Source: Saccostrea echinata
Taxonomy: Eukaryota
Length of the DNA stretch: 64,000 nt
Direction of reading: 5' to 3'
Assembly (NCBI RefSeq): GCF_033153115.1
Contig: NW_026889756.1
Coordinates: 992,001-1,056,000 of the forward strand
The position numbers and the translations under genes were made by a program. Shown here piece after piece: positions 41,640 to 54,958 of the stretch. Under the pieces are notes generated by a model, which did no database searches, had not been told where the DNA came from, and saw nothing but the letters and a program-made list of their open reading frames with translations. Numbering within the stretch: the stretch's first letter is position 1; every line of letters starts with the position of its first letter.

Positions 41640-41948
41640 CTGAAAAAAAGGAATTAATCAAATGGATTAATACATTTTGCAAGCAAGATACTCTACGAAA
41701 GTGTTTAGATCTACAATTCTCATTGTACATCTAGGAAATGTATACTCTGATTTTCATTCAATAAAATTTGTCTCATTATCGATACGTATACTATAGAATG
41801 GTTTTGTACCAAATTATATTTCTCAATCTGAAGACAGTAAATGGCAAATAATGCAACATATTCTAGTACTGTATTTGGGTTCCTGAATTTGACACGGTTT
41901 ACAGGAAGTTTATTTTGAGGACTGATCAACTGTTTCGGAAACATTGAC

Positions 41949-42300
41949 GGGCCACGGTAGCCTAGTAATAGGGCGCTCGCTTCGTGTTCGTGAGGCTCCG
42001 GTTCGATTCTCGTCGCTCCGCGTTAAACATAACACGAAAACATAGGTAGAGCCTGTTACTTCCCCAAGCGCCCGGCATTAGAAGTGAAAGTCAGGGTCTT
42101 TCGAATGAGATCATAAAAACCGAGGTTCTGTGTCACGGTAGGCGTTGGCACGATAAAGAACCTTCGCTGCTCAATGACCCTGAGTGCCGATTATAGGTCT
42201 AAATTTGAAACCCTTCACCGGTATATGGTGATGTCTCCTAATGACTGAAAAATTCTCGTATGGGTCGTAAAAGAATATACAATCAATCAATCAATCAATC
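41949..42300 (+). mobile_element. Full-length tRNA-derived SINE (tRNA head + V-like domain + Meta-like domain + (AATC)n tail)
   Basis: A box tagcctagtaa (41958), B box ggttcgattct (42000), central domains, tail aatcaatcaatc; possible decayed TSD ggaaacattg / gtaagcattg. Confidence 0.85.
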
Positions 42301-42612
42301 GTAAGCATTGCTGTCATGCTTTGCCTACTCTTATCTGAGTTGTGAAATGTATAAAATAACAGTGCTTACTATGGTCCCTTGTGTATTAGAATTAAAAGTT
42401 ATGCACATATAGAAAAGACCTAAACCCTGAAACCATGTGTTATGAATCTCAAAAGTATAATTGAAACATGTCTTAGAGTCTAAGAAATAAGAAAACACTG
42501 GGATTGCTATTTTCAAATTCAAACTAACTACACACCCTACGTTAAAACCTGAAACTTAATTGGCTCTGAGGTATGAATTCTACCCCTCTGCCTCGTTCAT
42601 AATGTACTTGAT

Positions 42613-42651
<39 letters not shown>

Positions 42652-42881
42652 CAGAGGTAAATTAAATTTTCTTAAGCAAAAAATCTATAGAATTCACCGA
42701 AGGTCCAGAGGAATGAATTTCACATTCTTTATAGAGATTTAAATTTGCTAATTATACCTGCTTTACTGCAGTTGTAAAGAAGGCAATTTAAAAACAATTT
42801 TACATAGTTTCAGTACATATATGAGTTTCTCCATTTGGGGCTTATTAAATTACACACATTTGTATCAAAGTACTTACATAC

Positions 42882-43067
42882 CTCGTTATGTTGGTATGAT
42901 GTGGATGAGGAGTTAGATGTTCCAGAGAGAGCTGCCAATTCCTCTAGGGTGAATCTCATTCCAACTGGTTTGTGAGTGTCATCCTGTAATAATGATGACG
43001 TCAGAGAAACGTCAGATGTGCTTCCGAGGGCACTCATTTGGAATCGTCCCCCGATCACCTGATTTGT
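42882..43067 (-). CDS. Gene B 5'-most identified coding exon (possible start MSALG at 43037)
   Basis: In-frame tandem acceptors at 43067 and 43058; donor GAG|gtatgt in phase 0; encodes ...MRFTLEELAALSG... Confidence 0.65.
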
Positions 43068-44934
43068 CTGAATACGTACAAAAAAATACTTTCTTTTTAT
43101 GCTTCATGGAAGAGCTAGAGCCACGAACCATCGAAATGTGCCTTAACTAAAAAATTAATGAGGATTTCAATAAAGATAGTGTAGATTTTTAGCTTTGCAT
43201 TACTGATTTTCTTTTTTAGATATCTATTATACTTTTTCAAGAAGAGATTTTACAGTATGGCATTGTTTTGATTTAAATTTGCTTGAGGAACGTTATTATT
43301 TGTAACGTAACGTCATTACGTTACATCGTAACGTCGTAAAAAAAAATTCCATTGCAATTTTATGAATACATTTAAAAACTTAAAATTGGAATAGAGAAGT
43401 ATCTAATCAGCATCATAATCAGTTTAGCAATATATTATAAAAGGAAGAGAGGTGTTGATTTTATATTGCAGTTTATGCGATAACTGCGCGCGAGTGTAAA
43501 TTGACTGCATTATATCCAATAGTACATGTGAGAATAATCTGTGTCCCAAAGACTGGGTTTCATTGAAAGAAGGAACGTTCTACAGTATCTGCTTATCTTT
43601 GTACACATGAGAGCCGCAATTAGTCCTAGTTATGTATCTAAGTATCTAATACTATAGACGTATGCCTTACTGCTACATTCTACATTATTTTCTGATATAA
43701 TAAATTCTTGAAAGCTTTATAATCTGAACTGGATAGAAATATAAATGCAAACACATATTTTCAATAGAAAGTGACGTCCAGTGCGGTAATCGTCAAATCC
43801 TTGTCGTAGCGAGAATCTGAGATCTTATTCTTATTAAATTAAAATTGAATTAACAGAGGAGAGTACTTTGTGAGTGTGAAGGACTTATTTCCAATTCGTA
43901 CAGTGCGTTTTGACAATGAAATGTATTAAAACAATTGAATGTCTCGCCGATTTTCGTTTAGTTTTAAACTAAAACTGAAGAAAAAAAAGTTTTTGTAACG
44001 TATAGATTAATTTTATTTAAAATACATATATATAGAACTGATCAAAAACTTTCTAGTCCTAAATATGAGTTTTTCTAGAGTAATATTATATCATAATCCG
44101 CTAGAAATTATTGATATTTTTTATTTGAATCGAAATATGTGACGAGATCAAAAGTTTAATTTCTAACATAAATCTCAATTCACATTAGTTTTCAACATGA
44201 CCTCCCTTTCAAAACTAAATGTGACAAATGTTGATTCAAAATTTAATTATCGCGTATTATTATTTATACACTGTAAATAAATGGTATGTCTTTTGTTGAT
44301 TCATATAAACATTTACATACAGTTTCAGTGTGCAATAATTATCGATGTTAGACAACAAACTAATTCTTTACCCACTCACCTAATTACACGTATTTGAATT
44401 TGGTTTTTTCCCCATATCAGATATGTATTTCGCCCTAAAAGCTGAAATCATGTTGTTGTTTTTTTTAAATTTATTATGTGCTATCACTTCCATTTGGGGG
44501 GGGGGGGGGGGCTATCGTAGCGGAACAACGTAACACATGCGTTTTAATTTCGAAACGCATACAGTAGAGTGTACTGCATAAGAAACAGCGCGCCTATATT
44601 TATTCTTTGTTATATTGTTGAACAGTTCAAATGTTTAATTGTTGCTTGTCTCCAATATGTGTTTCATACGATGGCCGACAGCGGCCGCCACTTTTGATTC
44701 TGAATATTGTCATTTTGTACAGCTTTTTTGTCAATTTTCGTTGACAAATTACAACTAAACTGGTAATGCTATATGTCCATATACAGTTTTTACACTGACA
44801 ATTTACACTGGAGAAAATCATTAAAATTCTTTCTTGTGATATGAAATGAAGATACATAAAACAGGTTACTTGAAGGTGATAAGCTTAAGGTTCTAGCAGA
44901 ACAGGAAGGTCGGGGGTGATTACAGATTAGTATT

Positions 44935-47840
44935 GTCTTCTAGATATACTTTCTCGACAGATTGTAGTAATTAATTCATAAAATTCCATGTTGGTGTACC
45001 TGCTGGTCACATCATAGGTAACCAGGATGAAATTTCCAGGTCTATCAGAAATTTGATTTTGTTCATAATCGGACGTGTCTTTGATGTATGAATTTTTTTT
45101 TTAAACAATGCGCGCGAGGAAATGATCACATTAGTTACATGTACCTATATTTTCATTCCCGTGCCACATTGAAAAATAATTGGCCGACCAGGTGCCCAGC
45201 TAGCACAAAAACATTTTTAAAATGTTTTAAAAACATTTTCAAAATGTTACAAAAACATTTTAAAAAATGTTTTAATCACGTGATTTTGTATGGTTTTTTA
45301 AACGTTTTTAAAACATTTCAGCAAAATGTTTCAGCAAATGTTATCAGAACATTTTCCTTAAATGTTACTAAAACATTTTTGAAAATGTTTTATTCACGTG
45401 ATTTTGTATGGTTTTTTAAACGTTTTTAAAACATTTTACCCAAATGTCGCAATGACATCTCTTTCCTGAAATGTCAACGTTTTCATTAAATGATATCAAC
45501 ATCATTTTGTATGATTTTAAAAGCGCTTTTCATACATTTCATCTTAATTATAACTCTCTCAACATGCTCAAAGAATTAATCACAACTGAATGAATTCACT
45601 TTTACAAATTTTAATACAAATCCTTATTTAATATGAAACACATATTTTAGTTCCATTTCTGGTACAAGTTTTGAGTTATTCTGTTTTAACTCAACAGGTA
45701 TTTTTAAAGGAAAAAAATCCATTCCCTGAATTTAAAAACAAAAGAATCGCATGAATCCTTCCCACTAAAAAGAATAACCAGGCCTAGATCACTGTTATCA
45801 ATAACGATCCCGCAAAAAGCATGTATTTACATGCGTAAGTTCCACAGAGTGGCGGTTCTATTATATAAATGGAATCACACACGTTGATAAAGTTCACAAG
45901 ATGTCTGTCCTCGGAAAGAATTAAACAAGAAGCTCTTTTCTGTAAAGCAGAACCTGTAAACATAGAGATAATAGTGTTAAAGTCATCCGCCTACATCATA
46001 TCTTTCAATAATGAAAATATACAAGAATTTACATTTTTTAAGTCATAAAATCACATGGAATTTTCCCATTTGCATTAATGAAAACTATTAGAGTTGTTGC
46101 ATGTTCATAACTAAAACACAAAAATATAATTGAAGAGCAATGATATTTACGTACAAAAAATTGCCTTTATCAGCTAGAGGCGGTTCTTTCAAATGTGGCA
46201 ATTTGAATGAAATTCAGGTCTGTTGATGGAACTGTCGTCTAACTGCAATATGATTTCATGTTTCAATAAAAAGATATTTTGAGTTCTGATCAACATAAGA
46301 CAAGGAGGAATATATTTATTGTTGCCTAAAGTATTCAATTCAAAGTACATAATAGCTTTGTTATTGCTACACATATGCATTTCTAATACAATGATGTACT
46401 GGTAACAGAAAAGTCACTTTTAAATATAATCTTTTGAAATTTCTGATGAAATTATACTCACAAAGCAGATTTTAATAATCCAGCGCTAATTCCTCTGGTT
46501 TATATGATGCAAAAATCTTGTTTGAAAATCAGCAACAAGAAAACGTGCACAGCCTGTTTACCAGAATTCAAATTTTGGCCTAGATAAGCTGCAAGCCACT
46601 AAACACTCTAACGCGCTGCCCAGCAGGAGAATTGCATAACAAGGTTATCATGACACTGAAACTGACCAGTGAGGCCACTCCTAATCTGCTGCATTGGTGT
46701 TTAAGAAATATGATGCAAACAGAGGAGATCGTCAAAAATCAGTCTGTCTTAATTATTGTAATCAGTTTGCTTATTATTTTGTTTTCTTTTTTAAATTAAA
46801 GTATCTTTAGTTTATTCAGTGAATTTTGTATTGATTACATGTCTATCAATAAGAATTTTTGAAAAAAAGAAAGAAAAATACAGGGATAATGTTTTCGGAA
46901 CATTTTGAAAAACAATTCTTCATTTGATCTCAATCCTCTTTGGATATTCTATATATTTTTTTCAGAAAAATTGGGTTAGTCATGAATATTTTTTAAGACA
47001 TTTTGAAAATTACATTACTTTATATTACATCAGTGCTAAATAGAAGTTTTAGTCTTTAAAAGGATAAACGTTATAGTCAATGTTCTAAAAACATTTTTAC
47101 AACATACTTTGAAAATAAACAAATGCATTAATATTAACAATGATATAAATGTTTTAAAAACATTTTTTAAATGTTTCTATAGAATGTTGCATAAATTATA
47201 AATAAAATGTTTCAGTTGTCGGAGGAGAAAACGTTTTGTTCAATGTTTTAAAAACATTTTCAGGACCAACACTGAAACATTTAAATATTAAACTATAAGC
47301 AATATTAAGAATGTTTTAAAAACATTCTGACAACGTTCCTTCGAAATGTTTTAGAAACGTAACACTACTATGTTTCAAATATATAAAAGAGGAATGTTTT
47401 ATTTCATGTTTTAAAAACATTTTTATAACGTACTATGAAACTGTTTAATGTATGCAAATAAGACATTCCTTTGGAATCATTTTTAAAACGTTTCAAAAAC
47501 ATTTTCTAGAAATGTTCCTTAAAGATTTTACTTTAACCTTTTTGAAAACATTTTTAAAATGTTTTTAAAATGTTACAATGGGAAAGAAAAATGTTTTTAA
47601 AACATTTTAAAAATGTTTACTCTGGAATGTTTTGAAAAAACCTTTTTATAACTGCAATAAAATGTTTTGAAAATGTTTTGTGCTACCTGGGTGGATAGTC
47701 TTGAGAGGTTGCGTTGGCCTTTAAAAGTGTTTGTTTTGTTTTTGATACATTCCATACACTTTTGATTGGATGCTCACATGTAGAGCTACTAAATCCTGTT
47801 TTTCTACCTCTGCATAATAGGTAGAAACGAGTTTTCTCAT
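44935..47840 (-). pseudogene. Penelope-like RT fragment split by the 45195-47691 insertion
   Basis: Removing the insert restores DYPPGRPIIFQCG, followed (with frameshifts) by SYIKDT...ILVTYDVTSRYTNMEF, which are typical Penelope-like RT motifs. Confidence 0.7.
45195..47691. mobile_element. Non-autonomous CMC/EnSpm-like DNA transposon (CCC termini, 2-bp TSD)
   Basis: TIRs CCCAGCTAGCACAAAA / TTTTGTGCTACCTGGG; TG duplicated at 45193-45194 and 47692-47693; dense subterminal aaaacatttt / aaaatgtttt repeats. Confidence 0.85.
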
Positions 47841-48521
47841 ACAATCTGAGGATCAAGATACATCCATTATATTCATGTATATCCATTACAACAAACGTAT
47901 TACTTTTATTCGCCTTTTTAATTACAATCCCAAGAATATCTTTTTAATGATACATGTACATTGTACAACAAGGTGACAGAATGACGATTTACGTCTAATC
48001 TACTGGGTTACGATATCTCAGACTAATTGAGGGTGAAAGTCATTAAAATGCTCCTTATCTCTTTCAAGCCACCTGTTTTATGTATCTTAATTTCATATCA
48101 CATGAAAGAATTTTAATGCTTTTCGCTGGTGTAAATTGTCAGTGTAAAAAGTGTACAGGTATATATAGCATACCAGTTTAGTTGTAATATGTCAACGAAA
48201 ATTGACAAAAACGCTGTACAAAATGACAATATTCTTAATCAGAAAGTAGCGGCCGCTGTCGGCCATCGTAGTTTCATGCATTTATAAAAATGTCATCATT
48301 TAAAATCACACAAAGAAAAGATGCACAGTCAGAAGAGTAGTACCCGAGAAAGGGGCAGGGTTAAATTATGTTTGGACCCCTTTTAATTATTAATTAAACT
48401 TTTTGATCTCTGGTCTTCTCCCCCTGCTCCTCGATTCAAATTACCACCTTGCGACATTTTTTTTTATATCTGAAGCGAAACCAGCTTAATTAACTACCAG
48501 TCTTAGTGAAGGGCATTTTCT

Positions 48522-48578
<57 letters not shown>

Positions 48579-49470
48579 CGTTTACTATCGTATTAAATAG
48601 GCAGTATATATTATGGATTGACAAATAAAGTATGTCCTGGACTATTCTTATTTCAAAAGCTTTATTTTTTTTACATCATTTCCGCAGGGATTCCTTTCTA
48701 TTTATAGACAAAACTATTAATCATTTGAATCTAATTTTTTACCTCAATGATCTAATTCGTTAACGCCGATCCATGCCATGTCTGATCACCTTAGATGTGA
48801 TTTAGAAAGCCGGTACATGTAGGTACACGTAAACTACATAATAGTAAATGAGGGTCCAAAATACATGTATTGGAAAGGCATGTCCGACGTCGTAGTGCCG
48901 CTGTACGTCTTGTACTTTATTTTATATATCCTATGTGTGCAAATCGTGAGTCGGACATTTGTTGTTTTTTTTTTTTTATTTTAATTGGATCACCTCGGTA
49001 TTTTACCCCAGAATGCATTCAGATGTAATAGAATTTCGGACACATTTGACATTGGGACGGACACTTTTCTATAGATATAAAATGATGCATATACGTATGC
49101 GCGTAACTATAGAGGCTGTGGGTGGGTCCGGACTTATTCAATTTCAGAGTTATTAGATTTATAAATGACGATTGGAGACTTTTTTTTCTTTTTTCCATTT
49201 TTTGTGTTTGTGTTCCTCAAAAAAAATTCAGAGTCGTATTATTTTCTAGACGGGTATGGTCCCCCTTCTGTACAAACTTAAAAGTGCCTCTAAATGAGCT
49301 CTTTTCAAAAATGTTTAATACTTGTAGTATTTTGTATCCCTTCTTACACTTGAAAAAGGACCTCGTATGATATGTAAGATGATTATGTAGAATAGGATGT
49401 CTATAGAAAAAGTTCTAAGAGGAATTCTAAAACAACGTGAAAGGCTAATAAAGAATAAAAAGAAACCAAG

Positions 49471-49473
<3 letters not shown>

Positions 49474-49542
<69 letters not shown>
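49474..49542. repeat. (GA)n microsatellite
   Basis: Seen directly. Confidence 0.95.
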
Positions 49543-49547
<5 letters not shown>

Positions 49548-49850
49548 AACGAGAGGGACTAACAATTATTGATAATTGGATTGAGAATACAATTAACCGA
49601 TGTTGAAAGCATAATACCATATATTTCTTAATTTAAAATATCAGTGTGTGAACAAATCAACTATTTCAGCTTCATGTATATGCACATTTACATTTTTTTG
49701 CGTATTATATGTATTTTAGATAATAACCTTTCAATTATGTAGGCATTTGTATTTTTATTAATATAAAGAATCTGAAAAAAAAAATACGTTCAACATCTAG
49801 TACTGGCAACAAATCGGAAATTGGATCTCGACATTTTTCAATTATTTATT

Positions 49851-49956
49851 CATTCTGATTAAATCAGATCCTTTGATCCGCTCACATAGATCGCTACACA
49901 AGGCTTGTGTAGCGATCTATGTGAGCGGATCAAAGGATCTGATTTTAATCAGATTG
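49851..49956. mobile_element. 106-bp palindromic MITE
   Basis: Perfect 42-bp arms (49861-49902 / 49904-49945) around a 1-nt spacer; TTATTTATT at 49842-49850 and 49957-49965. Confidence 0.8.
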
Positions 49957-50984
49957 TTATTTATTATAAAATTATTTTGACAAATTTCGTCAAATTATCT
50001 GTGGTTAGATGCAGTCGACGTCAGTAACGCCAAATTATGACGTCATCATTGATGTACGTAAGCATGAATGAAAAGAACATAGCTTTAAATTTTATTTGAA
50101 ACAACACATGTTAAATGTGAGTTAAAGATATTCTGCAACAAAATAATTTACAGGTTAGGGATTATGTAGTAATCAAGAATAGATCTGATATACTAATAAA
50201 TTATTTAAGCTATTTACATATACAATGAACTCATAATTACTGTTAAAATGGAAGGACCTTGCTTCAATTTCTGATAGCTCAATGTTCATAAAGTGTAAAA
50301 TTCATATTGGCCACACGCAAGTACCTCTAAGATAGTTTGCATAAAGATGCATATATTTAATATTTTTCTGTCTGCAAAGTTTGGAATTGGTACTTGAGTG
50401 TGCCCACATTCAAATTTTGAAATAACTACCTCAAAATCGACGTTTTTAAAGCAGTTTTTAACTTCATTGGTATATTTGATGCTGCGCATGTGCTAAAGAC
50501 GGTGGTCTGTGTGGCAAAAAAATGTTATGTAGAGTAGCATGACATTGTGCACTATAATATAACACATGACAGGCTCTGAGATTTCAAACTTGAATTTTGT
50601 CTAAAATTTAAGGTACATTTTGATGGTTTGTGGCTCTAGCTCTTTATTACATACCAGAACGGATCTCTATAATTCCTGGGTCTTTAGAACCTTAAACCGA
50701 CAAAATAGTCGATATTGATAACAAAGAATTGGAGCATGACGTAATTAACATCTAAATATTACTACATTCTATTGATTTGAATTCATCAGTCAATAAATAA
50801 CACCTTTCATTACACATTGTTTAGTTGCATGATGTTTTGTGGATAATGTGGTTATCTGTATTTAAATAAAAAATCCCATTCTTGTATTATTTATTCTGTT
50901 TGTTTGCAGACACTGATGAACCAATTAAATTAAAATGAATTTTTTTCAGCCAAAGATTGATGAAGTTATGATTATTTTCCTTGT

Positions 50985-51303
50985 TTTTATATTGTTTTTA
51001 TATTGTTTTTACATTGTTTTTATATTGTTTTTATATTGTTTATATATTGTCATTTATATTTTTTTTTATATAGTTTTATATTGTTTTTATATTGTCATTT
51101 ATATTGTTTTTATATTGTTTTTATATTGTCATTTATATTGTTTTTATATTGTTTTTATATTGTCATTTATATTGTTTTTATATTGTTTTTACATTGTTTT
51201 TATATTGTTTTTATATTGTTTTTATATTGTTTTTACATTTTTTTTTTATATTGTTTTTATATTGTTTTTACATTGTTCTTATATTGTTTTTATATTGTTT
51301 TTA
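50985..51303. repeat. 11-bp minisatellite (TTTTTATATTG)n
   Basis: Seen directly; explains the three spurious F/Y/I/L-rich ORFs. Confidence 0.95.
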
Positions 51304-54300
51304 TCGAACAGATTGACTCTCCTATTTATTCTCTGCTTCAAAATAAAAAATTTAACAAATGACTTATAAAAACTTAAGAAGATTATACTTGTTGATTTGT
51401 AACACACCACAGCACGCACAAGGTATCAGTATGGTAGAATTTACAAATATATACATTGTTTACTGTGGGTTTTATTAAATCTATGGAGAGAGAGAGAGGG
51501 AGAGAGAGAGAGAGAGAGGTAGGTATCGTAGTGGTACACTATACTACTAACTTTACAGGATAATGCCAACGTTCTGTGCGTTACATATATGAATAAAAAA
51601 TGGAACCTCTAAGACTTAGTGTTACATGTATACATGTAATGTGGACGTGAAATATAAAACAAATGCAGATAAGTCAATAAAGAGGAAAAACAATAAGCTA
51701 AGTTGATAATTTTGCCATGAGAAATGTTATTGCGATGTACAAGGTGTTACATGATTGTAAGAAAGTTCATTCCACATTTTCTTTTAACCTTCAAAAACAA
51801 TGAAAAGATGATTTAAAATTTTCACAGAGTCCAATCCTGCCACCGATAAGGTTTATGATTTTGATTTGTAATGAAATGAAAAGAGGAAGGCAGATACCAA
51901 TAGCATGGATAAAGTAATATTTTTTCTGCCTGGAAAATAAGAGATACAACGAATCTGCGAAATATCTTAAAGCACAGGTCATATAAACTTTCATATACCC
52001 ATGCAGACTTACTCAAATCAATACAAAATTCAATTTAAAACATCTATTCTTTTGAAATAAAAATGTGCTTTATTTTCACTAACCTCATTAGTTTTGTATG
52101 ATGCAATTAAGATAAGCTGTTAAAAACAGAGGCCATTCCTACATCTTCACCAAATTGTCAAGCAAGTCTGTCATTTGTGTTTTTGCAGATGTACATATTT
52201 TCACATGAAACAGAAACCCTACAATTTTCTGCTTAAAATTAGTTGTTATAAATTGAAAGCTCATTTTAATGATTGTGTAAGACTGGAAAATTAATCTCAT
52301 TAATTAAAAACACTACTATTCAGAAACATTTTGTGAAACGGACTTTTTTCACACCTTTTATTTGAGGATATGTCTGGAAATTCATTAACAAACATAAATG
52401 TTAGTATCTTGAATACATTCACAAACCAAATTTTTTAAGTACTAAAATTCCAACTAATAAAAAACTGGTCTGGAATGTTTAACCTCTTATTATCATTTGC
52501 AAAGATCGAAGTTTGTTCAATAACATTAAAACTGGATAATCAATATATCGACCCCATTTCAAAGAGATTATTACACCCAGTAAATTATAGTTTGATTAAA
52601 GTATTAATCATATAAGATTAGCTGAGCAAGTTTAAGCTAAATGGAACATAATACATTCGTTACATCCCAAGCCATAAATCTTCTATAATGAAATACGTTT
52701 AACTGGAATTCAATGTACACGAAACTCAGGTTTTCAAGCCTGTGAAGTTGGTATATAATATCATATACTACAATGATTTAAGAACCAGATGCGTCAGCTG
52801 AGTCATCTAGTTGTCGTTGCATACTAGCAATGATAACTTTATTAAGAACTGATAAGTAACATTTCTGCATCATGGACTTCCGATTCAGGAGTCTAAAGGG
52901 ATAGACCGTAGAGAATTGATTATGGATATTGATTGTATGAAGAAGAAAAAAAAACATTTTAAAAATTCATTGTAAAAATATAGATAGCCAGAGAAGACAA
53001 AAACTAGGTCTGACTGACAGATAATCAGACATTCCGTTTATAAAGTACATTCAAATTGGAAATTTTGTAATTACGTTGATACAATGTAAATGATATGGTA
53101 TAAAATAAATACTTATTTTCGATTATCAAAAAATCCAAACTGTGCTCTGAATATCATGTATTGAAATAATATTCAATGACATACTTCCTAAAGATACTTT
53201 TCGTTCAGAGTATTCTTGAATATGTTCCTTTGAATATATTCTGGCCAAAATAGAATGAAATTCGATCATTTAGTCATGAAAAGATATAAAATATTAAACA
53301 CTGTTGCCTGAATAATGACTTTGGGGTTAAAGTTCAAAAATAAATCTCGTATTAGTATACCAGAATGATTTTAATATTTGAAAAACAATGGTAATATAGA
53401 ATCGGAATTATTTTTGTACATGTATATTGATTTAAGAAAAATAACATTACCTGTTAAACAATTATAGTAATGTCCAGGTTTATGGTGGTCCTTCCCTGCT
53501 GTTTCTGGTATAGAAACCGAGAAAAAAATGAATTTCAGGTACATCCGAGTTATCGGTTTGTTTGAATTAGATTGGCAGTATGAATAATTAAGTCTCATAG
53601 AATGAATTCATTGATTCTATTCGTCAATGTTTTCGTGAAATTATCGTTAAAATAATCTTCAAGAATTTATCGATAACTGCTATTGTCAGCGTACTTTAAG
53701 AGCGTCATTTTTTGTGCAAAAAGTGATAGTAGCAATTTAGTATGTAGCAAATTTTATGTAATCTTATTAATAATTGAAGCCTTATTTTGTTCAAAAGACT
53801 AACATAATTATGTAATATAAAGGTCGTAACTTGATTTACATCATTAAGAACCAAAAACAGTTTGGAAGCAAAATCTTTCGCATGGAAAGATAATATTAAC
53901 TGCCGTTTAATATGTGTCTTTTCTTTGAAACCATTATAAACAAATACAATAATAGATATATAAATAAATGAAATTAGCTCCTTATCATATCAAGTGAAAA
54001 ATGTTCAATCTGAGGTACATGTATATGATTTTATGATATTATTTTGGTTTGTGAACTTTGCCCAAATGCAATTCATCAAAAATGACTTTTGTCTATAAAA
54101 TATATTTAGTGTAATGGATTAAAGTTAATTTTTTTTTTACAACGACTGCAAATGTTTAGGTATGTCAAATATTCAGGATTTTCTCTGGAATGAATTTTTG
54201 ATAACATCTAACATTTTGTGATTTGAATTTGGCCAGTTTCCTTTCATTCCTTTTAAAGAATTGCATTTATCAAGGTATATGTTATAAATACAGATTTTTT

Positions 54301-54958
54301 TTTATTTGGTTATAAAGTGAACTAAAAAGATGACGCTATGTTAATGAGTAGAAAAACGACATTTAGATTTGTGCACTCTGTATTTTAATGAAAACAACAG
54401 AAATATCATTTTAATACAATTTAAAGTGAATTTTACACTTAGATTGAAGGGAAAAAATATAGGGCAACATAACCTGGGTTAATAAGTGAACCATTTGACC
54501 TAGAAAATATTAGTGTTATTTTTTATTGCGCATAGAACATTAAGGACAAATTATAGATATCATTCTTAATAATCAAAATTAATTGACCTTGAATTAATCA
54601 ATGCAGACATTTATATAAATATTGGATAATATAAGATATTAAATCAATTGCAAAAATAGAGTATTGTTGTTTAGTTTTGAGAAGAAACTACAATTCTAAT
54701 TAATGTTACAGAGACATATATACAAATCAAATCAAGACTCTACTTTTTTTTTTCAAGAAATAAAAAATGCATTTCTTTTCATTATAAAAAATGGCGAACA
54801 TCATTTTTGCTTAAGTGAGACAATATGTTAAACAATTACTTATCCTGTGATATTGTCATTTATTACAAGTAATCAAATAATGAATAAGGTTTTTTGTCAA
54901 AACAAACATCGAACACATTGTGGAGTTTTTTTCTAAATATATATAAAATCATAGAGAT

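Larger units (their letters stand above)
44667..48270. mobile_element. Non-autonomous DNA transposon with about 215-bp TIRs and 6-bp TSD (IS3EU-like)
   Basis: TACGATGGCCGACAGCGGCCGC... (44667-44883) is inverted at 48054-48270; GTTTCA at 44661-44666 and 48271-48276; TAC...GTA termini. Confidence 0.85.

Noticed and set aside
41949-42015. tRNA gene (also 61930-61990)
   Set aside because: A and B boxes are present but there is no proper cloverleaf and the sequence continues into a SINE body.
28262-42300. SINE mobilised by the neighbouring LINE
   Set aside because: Tails differ, (GAATT)n versus (AATC)n, and I see no shared 3' sequence.
43301-43325. 10-bp-arm hairpin tgtaacgtaa-cgtca-ttacgttaca
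   Set aside because: Short, made of a simple repeated motif, with no supporting context.
50935-51369. Three overlapping hydrophobic ORFs that look like membrane proteins
   Set aside because: Product of a stop-free 11-bp repeat.
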